DNA of 64,000 bases from Candidatus Poribacteria bacterium (GTDB taxonomy: Bacteria; Poribacteria; WGA-4E; JAJDTR01). The position numbers were made by a program, and so were the translations under genes. Under the pieces are notes generated by a model. It had not been told where the DNA came from and searched no databases. It saw only the letters and a list, made by a program, of their open reading frames with translations. The DNA lies in assembly GCA_965222225.1 (NCBI GenBank), contig CBDCTK010000002.1:64001-128000 (forward strand), given 5' to 3'. This document shows, in pieces, positions 60,214 through 64,000 of this stretch (positions are counted from its first letter, which is position 1; every line of letters starts with the position of its first letter).

Positions 60214-61294
60214 TCATTTAAATCGAATGGAAGCCAGGCATATAATCAATGCGGCTTGGATAATGAGAAACAACTCTCTTGGTACGTTCATCAAGATTTC
60301 AACGTCCAAAGCTCCTTTGTTTAGAGCGCCAAATAGGAGTGCAGCGAGGCAGACACCGTAAGGATGGTTTCGTCCGAGCAACGCAGCGGCGATTCCGGTG
60401 TAGCCAAAGCCGGGCGAGAAATTGTCGAGGAAGCGGTGGCGATAGCCCATAACGTCCCACACACCCGCCAAACCTGCAATAGCACCGCTTAACGCCATCG
60501 TCCAAACTGTGACAGCGCGGACATTAATGCCATAGGTTGCCACGTCGGGCGCATCGCCGACTAGCCGCAACTCATAACCGTATTGGGTGCGCTTCAAGAA
60601 AAACTGGCAGAAAAACGTTGCGAACAACGCCAGAAGAAACGTGACATTTAACGGGTTGCTCTCGGGTTGCTCTTTGGAAGAAGCCCAAGGTATGCTGAAA
60701 TACGCGGTAGATGCGCAGTGTCATGAATCTGCGGCGTTTGAGGAGTCATTTGTCCCGCTTCTTGGTATACCTCTGTAACCAAGTAGCTAGTCAACGCGAT
60801 CGCGATAAAGTTCATCATGATTGTGTTGATGACCTCGTGGACATCAAATTTCGCTTTGAGAATCCCGGCAATCGCAGCCCATCCCGCGCCTGCCGCCATC
60901 GCTGCAAAGATGCAAAGGGGTATGAGTATAATTGCAGGAGGTTGAAATGAAATCCCACCCAAGCAGCGACAAATCCGCCCGCGTAGAGTTGTCCCTCGCA
61001 GCCAATGTTGAATAACCCGCACTTGAAGCCGATTGCGACGGCTAGTCCCGTAAAGATTAACGGCGTCGCATTAAATAGGACGTATCCGAAGTCATCCAAG
61101 CTGCCAAACGCACTCAAAACGAGAATTCGATAAACCTCCAACACATCTTCGCCGAGAATTCCGATTACGAGACTACTCAATACAATCACAATCCCGAGTG
61201 CGAATGCGATTGGAAGACCTGCGTGGAGTATCCTGTTGATTTGAGGTTTCGAAATAGATGGGACTCTTGCCACAATGAAAATTACAAATGGCAA
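60214..61294 (-). pseudogene. Nucleoside ABC permease (YufP/NupB-like) with two frameshifts
   Basis: GLFNIGCEGQ, HEVINTIMMN and GYTGIAAALLGRNHP lie in three different frames. 1-nt loss at about 60940 and an 11-bp duplication CGGGTTGCTCT x2 at 60652-60673. Confidence 0.85.
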
Positions 61295-61507
61295 TACGGT
61301 TGAGGTATGTGATATTGTATGGGGTGGCTATCCATTCATACGTTAAAGTCCGCCGGCTTGTTTCAGTGGATTCAGATTGTATGGTTGACGGCCCTTAGAA
61401 TGACAAAGTCGTTTCAAGTTAGCAGTGTGGTAACAAAAAGATTTCGTTAGCCGATGCAACGCGTTGAAACATCCGCTGGCATTTACTGTCGGCAAGGAGA
61501 AGATGCA

Positions 61508-63556
61508 ATGGCAGGTGCAAAGATACTGGTTGTTGAACATGAAAGCAGTGTCGCCACCTATGTCGTGGAATTGTTAGAAACCTTGGGGTATGTGGCTTCT
61601 AGTGTTGTGTGCACCGGGGAAGAAGCAATACAAAAAGCGGCGAAAACCCGTCCACAATTAGCGCTAATTGATATCACTTTGAAAGGTAAAATGGATGGCG
61701 TAGAGACGGGAGAACAGATACACAACCGCTTCAATATTCCTGTGGTTTATCTAACGGATCGTGCAAACGAAGACCTACTGAAGCGGGCAAAGATAACCGA
61801 ACCATTCGGCTATGTTCTCAAACCCGTTGAAGAAAGGCGATTGCACCTCAACATCGAAATTGCCCTCTACAGACATGAAACGGAACGGCGTTTCAGGGAG
61901 AGAGAGCAGTGGCTGTCTACTATTCTTAGAAGTATCGGCGATGCTGTAATCGCTGTAGACGAAGGCGGTATGGTGACTTTCATGAATCCGGTTGCCCAGG
62001 TTTTGACAGGCTGGCGACTAGAGGAGATTTCGGGAAAGCACCTGGCCGATATATTCCACGTTAGAACTGAAAAAACTAGCGTTCCAATCCAACACCACAT
62101 AATGGATGCGCTCCACAAAGGAACCATCGTTGGACGGACGGATCGTCATACCACGCTCATTTCCAAGGTTGGGCGAGAAACACCGATTGATTACAATGCT
62201 GCACCCCTCAGAGATGACCAGAACAACATCGTTGGCGTTGTAGTGGTCTTCCGTGACATTGCAAAGCGCACGCGAGCCGAAGACAAATTGAAGCAAACTG
62301 CCAACACGTTACGCAATCAAACCCAAATCATGCAATCTATCTTTGATAGCATCGGCGATGGCGTGGTCGTTGCGAATGAAAGCGGGGAATTCATGCTCTT
62401 CAATCCGAATGCAGAGCGGATTATCGGGATGAGCGAGACAGATACGTCGCCCGATCAGTGGTCGGAGAAATATGGGATATTTTCACCTGATCGTGTCACA
62501 CCTTTTGCGAGAGAGGAGCTCCCCTTGGTGCGAGCAATCAGAGGTGAAGCATCGGATGAAGTTGAGATGTTTGTGTGCAATCCCAAAGTGCCTGATGGCG
62601 TCTATGTCAGCGCCAGCGGAAGGCCGTTACACGAGGAATCGGGGGTGCCGAAAGGTGGTGTTGTTGTCTTTCGTGATATCACCGAGCGTAAGCGGGCAGA
62701 AGAGGCGTTGGCTCAGGCATTCTCGCGAGGGAGACTGGAAGTCGTAGACACCATCCTTCATAATATTGGCAATGCGATTAACAGTGTGACGATAGGAATA
62801 GGAACAATTCACGGACATTTGGTAAGGAACAGGTTAATGGGGCGTCTCCATGCGCTTGCGGATGCCGTCAGAGTAAATCAAGATGATTTAGCCAATTACA
62901 TAAAAAACGATCCGCAGGGCAAGCAGGTAGCTCCATTCGTCGTTGCTCTTGCCGAAGACTTTGCCGAACAGAATGAAAAGTTGAAAAAAACTGTCGCCCG
63001 CGTCGGTGATAGGGTCGAACACATTGCAGATATTGTACGCATGCAAAAGTCGCTTGGGCGACGAAATGTCGATCGTAAAGATATCAACCTTCGAAAGGCT
63101 ATTGCGGATGCGGTTAAGGTACTTCAAGAGTCGATTAAGAAGCGAGACATTGAGGTTCATGTTGATTGCGAAAACGCTCCAAGCGAGATCCGGATTCAGG
63201 AAAGTCAGTTTCACCAGATGTTGGTCAACTTAATCAAGAACTCGATCGAAGCTATCGACGAACTTGCTGAATCGAGCGGGTTAAGAACAACGCCCAGCAT
63301 CAAAGTCAGATCTTTTATCCAACCGGGATTTCTTACCCTAGAAGTGGTTGACAACGGCATCGGAATCGAAAAGAAAAAATTTAAGGTTATCTTTGGCGCC
63401 GGCTATACAACCAAACAATCGGGGAGCGGTCTCGGTCTTCATTCAATTGCGAATTTCGTTATCGGTTCAGGGGGGAAGATACAGCCCTTGAGTGACGGAA
63501 TCGGAAGAGGAACAACCATGCGGGTCATACTGCCGCTGTCCACAATCAAGGTGTAG
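61508..63556 (+). CDS. REC-PAS-PAS histidine kinase
   Basis: KILVVE...LIDI, PFGYVLKP; two SIGD(A/G)V...FRDI PAS domains; H-box LHNIGN; NLIKNS, DNGIG, GSGLGL. Confidence 0.92.
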   Translation: MAGAKILVVEHESSVATYVVELLETLGYVASSVVCTGEEAIQKAAKTRPQLALIDITLKGKMDGVETGEQIHNRFNIPVVYLTDRANEDLLKRAKITEPFGYVLKPVEERRLHLNIEIALYRHETERRFREREQWLSTILRSIGDAVIAVDEGGMVTFMNPVAQVLTGWRLEEISGKHLADIFHVRTEKTSVPIQHHIMDALHKGTIVGRTDRHTTLISKVGRETPIDYNAAPLRDDQNNIVGVVVVFRDIAKRTRAEDKLKQTANTLRNQTQIMQSIFDSIGDGVVVANESGEFMLFNPNAERIIGMSETDTSPDQWSEKYGIFSPDRVTPFAREELPLVRAIRGEASDEVEMFVCNPKVPDGVYVSASGRPLHEESGVPKGGVVVFRDITERKRAEEALAQAFSRGRLEVVDTILHNIGNAINSVTIGIGTIHGHLVRNRLMGRLHALADAVRVNQDDLANYIKNDPQGKQVAPFVVALAEDFAEQNEKLKKTVARVGDRVEHIADIVRMQKSLGRRNVDRKDINLRKAIADAVKVLQESIKKRDIEVHVDCENAPSEIRIQESQFHQMLVNLIKNSIEAIDELAESSGLRTTPSIKVRSFIQPGFLTLEVVDNGIGIEKKKFKVIFGAGYTTKQSGSGLGLHSIANFVIGSGGKIQPLSDGIGRGTTMRVILPLSTIKV

Positions 63557-63784
63557 ATACGTGCGAGGGCTGTCAAGGGATGTATCAACCAACACACGGC
63601 CCGCCTCCCTTCACTCCCCTCACCTCCGCAAGTTTCATGTCGGTTCAAGTTTGATGGGTTTTCAAAAAGATGAGTGTTTCAACCCATTGGGAGCGAAGGC
63701 AAGTCAACCTTCTGAATTCAATTTACAAATTTGCCTCAGTCCAACCGGCAATGGCGAGGCATATCCGAACCGCGAGGAAGTTCA

Positions 63785-64000
63785 ATGGAATCTAGAGATG
63801 ATTGGAACAACCGCGTCCTCATTGTTGACGATCAGGAGGAAATCCATGACGATTTCGAGGAGATTCTGAGACCTAGCTTATCAGACGCTTCGACCGACGA
63901 ATTAGCGAAATCCTTTGTCTCCGAGGTGGATGATGACTTCTTACCTGAGTTTGAGCTTTTTCATGCGAGAAGCGGAGAAGAAGCCTACGAGATTGTCAAA
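63785..64000 (+). CDS. Response regulator receiver protein (5' part only, window edge)
   Basis: MESRDDWNNRVLIVDDQEEIHDDFEEIL...ARSGEEAYEIVK; GAGG RBS. Confidence 0.85.
   Translation, partial: MESRDDWNNRVLIVDDQEEIHDDFEEILRPSLSDASTDELAKSFVSEVDDDFLPEFELFHARSGEEAYEIVK

Noticed and set aside
61508-61900. Degenerate receiver domain (VVEHE instead of VVEDE)
   Set aside because: The phospho-acceptor Asp, Thr and Lys are retained; a single substitution is not enough to claim a pseudo-receiver.

Overview
A 64-kb bacterial window that reads as Candidatus Poribacteria-like. This is inferred from PhyH dioxygenases, WD40/FG-GAP proteins with an N(F/Y)PNPFNPETW C-terminal domain, and LamG/TolB proteins ending in an AVxxxxxLxTxWGxVK motif. 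In order: (1) 1-5.1 kb, a defence-like operon (end of a C5-cytosine methyltransferase, frameshifted GHKL ATPase, 288-aa unknown, DUF6339-like protein, Vsr) followed by a Zn-ribbon protein. (2) 5.1-6 kb, nested non-coding elements: a 284-bp MITE with a 20-bp target duplication, GTAG-type REPs, and a 35-bp element sitting inside REPs. (3) 6-11.7 kb, housekeeping and oxidase genes (2 PhyH, thiO-like, rpsU, solA-like, trpA). (4) 11.9-28 kb, an array of secreted beta-propeller proteins. (5) 30.5-47.7 kb, a decayed SNF2-helicase/DUF1156/DUF499 defence locus broken into fragments around cargo (IS982-like IS, TPR-GreAB-PIN protein, TolB-like pair, TA remnants, a large PD-(D/E)xK protein). (6) 47.8-59 kb, nine lipoprotein genes sharing one leader but carrying different cargo (LivJ-like binding domains, cytochrome P460, an Asp/Met repeat). 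(7) A decaying nucleoside-ABC permease pair and a two-component locus. All family assignments are by eye from motifs; no searches were run.
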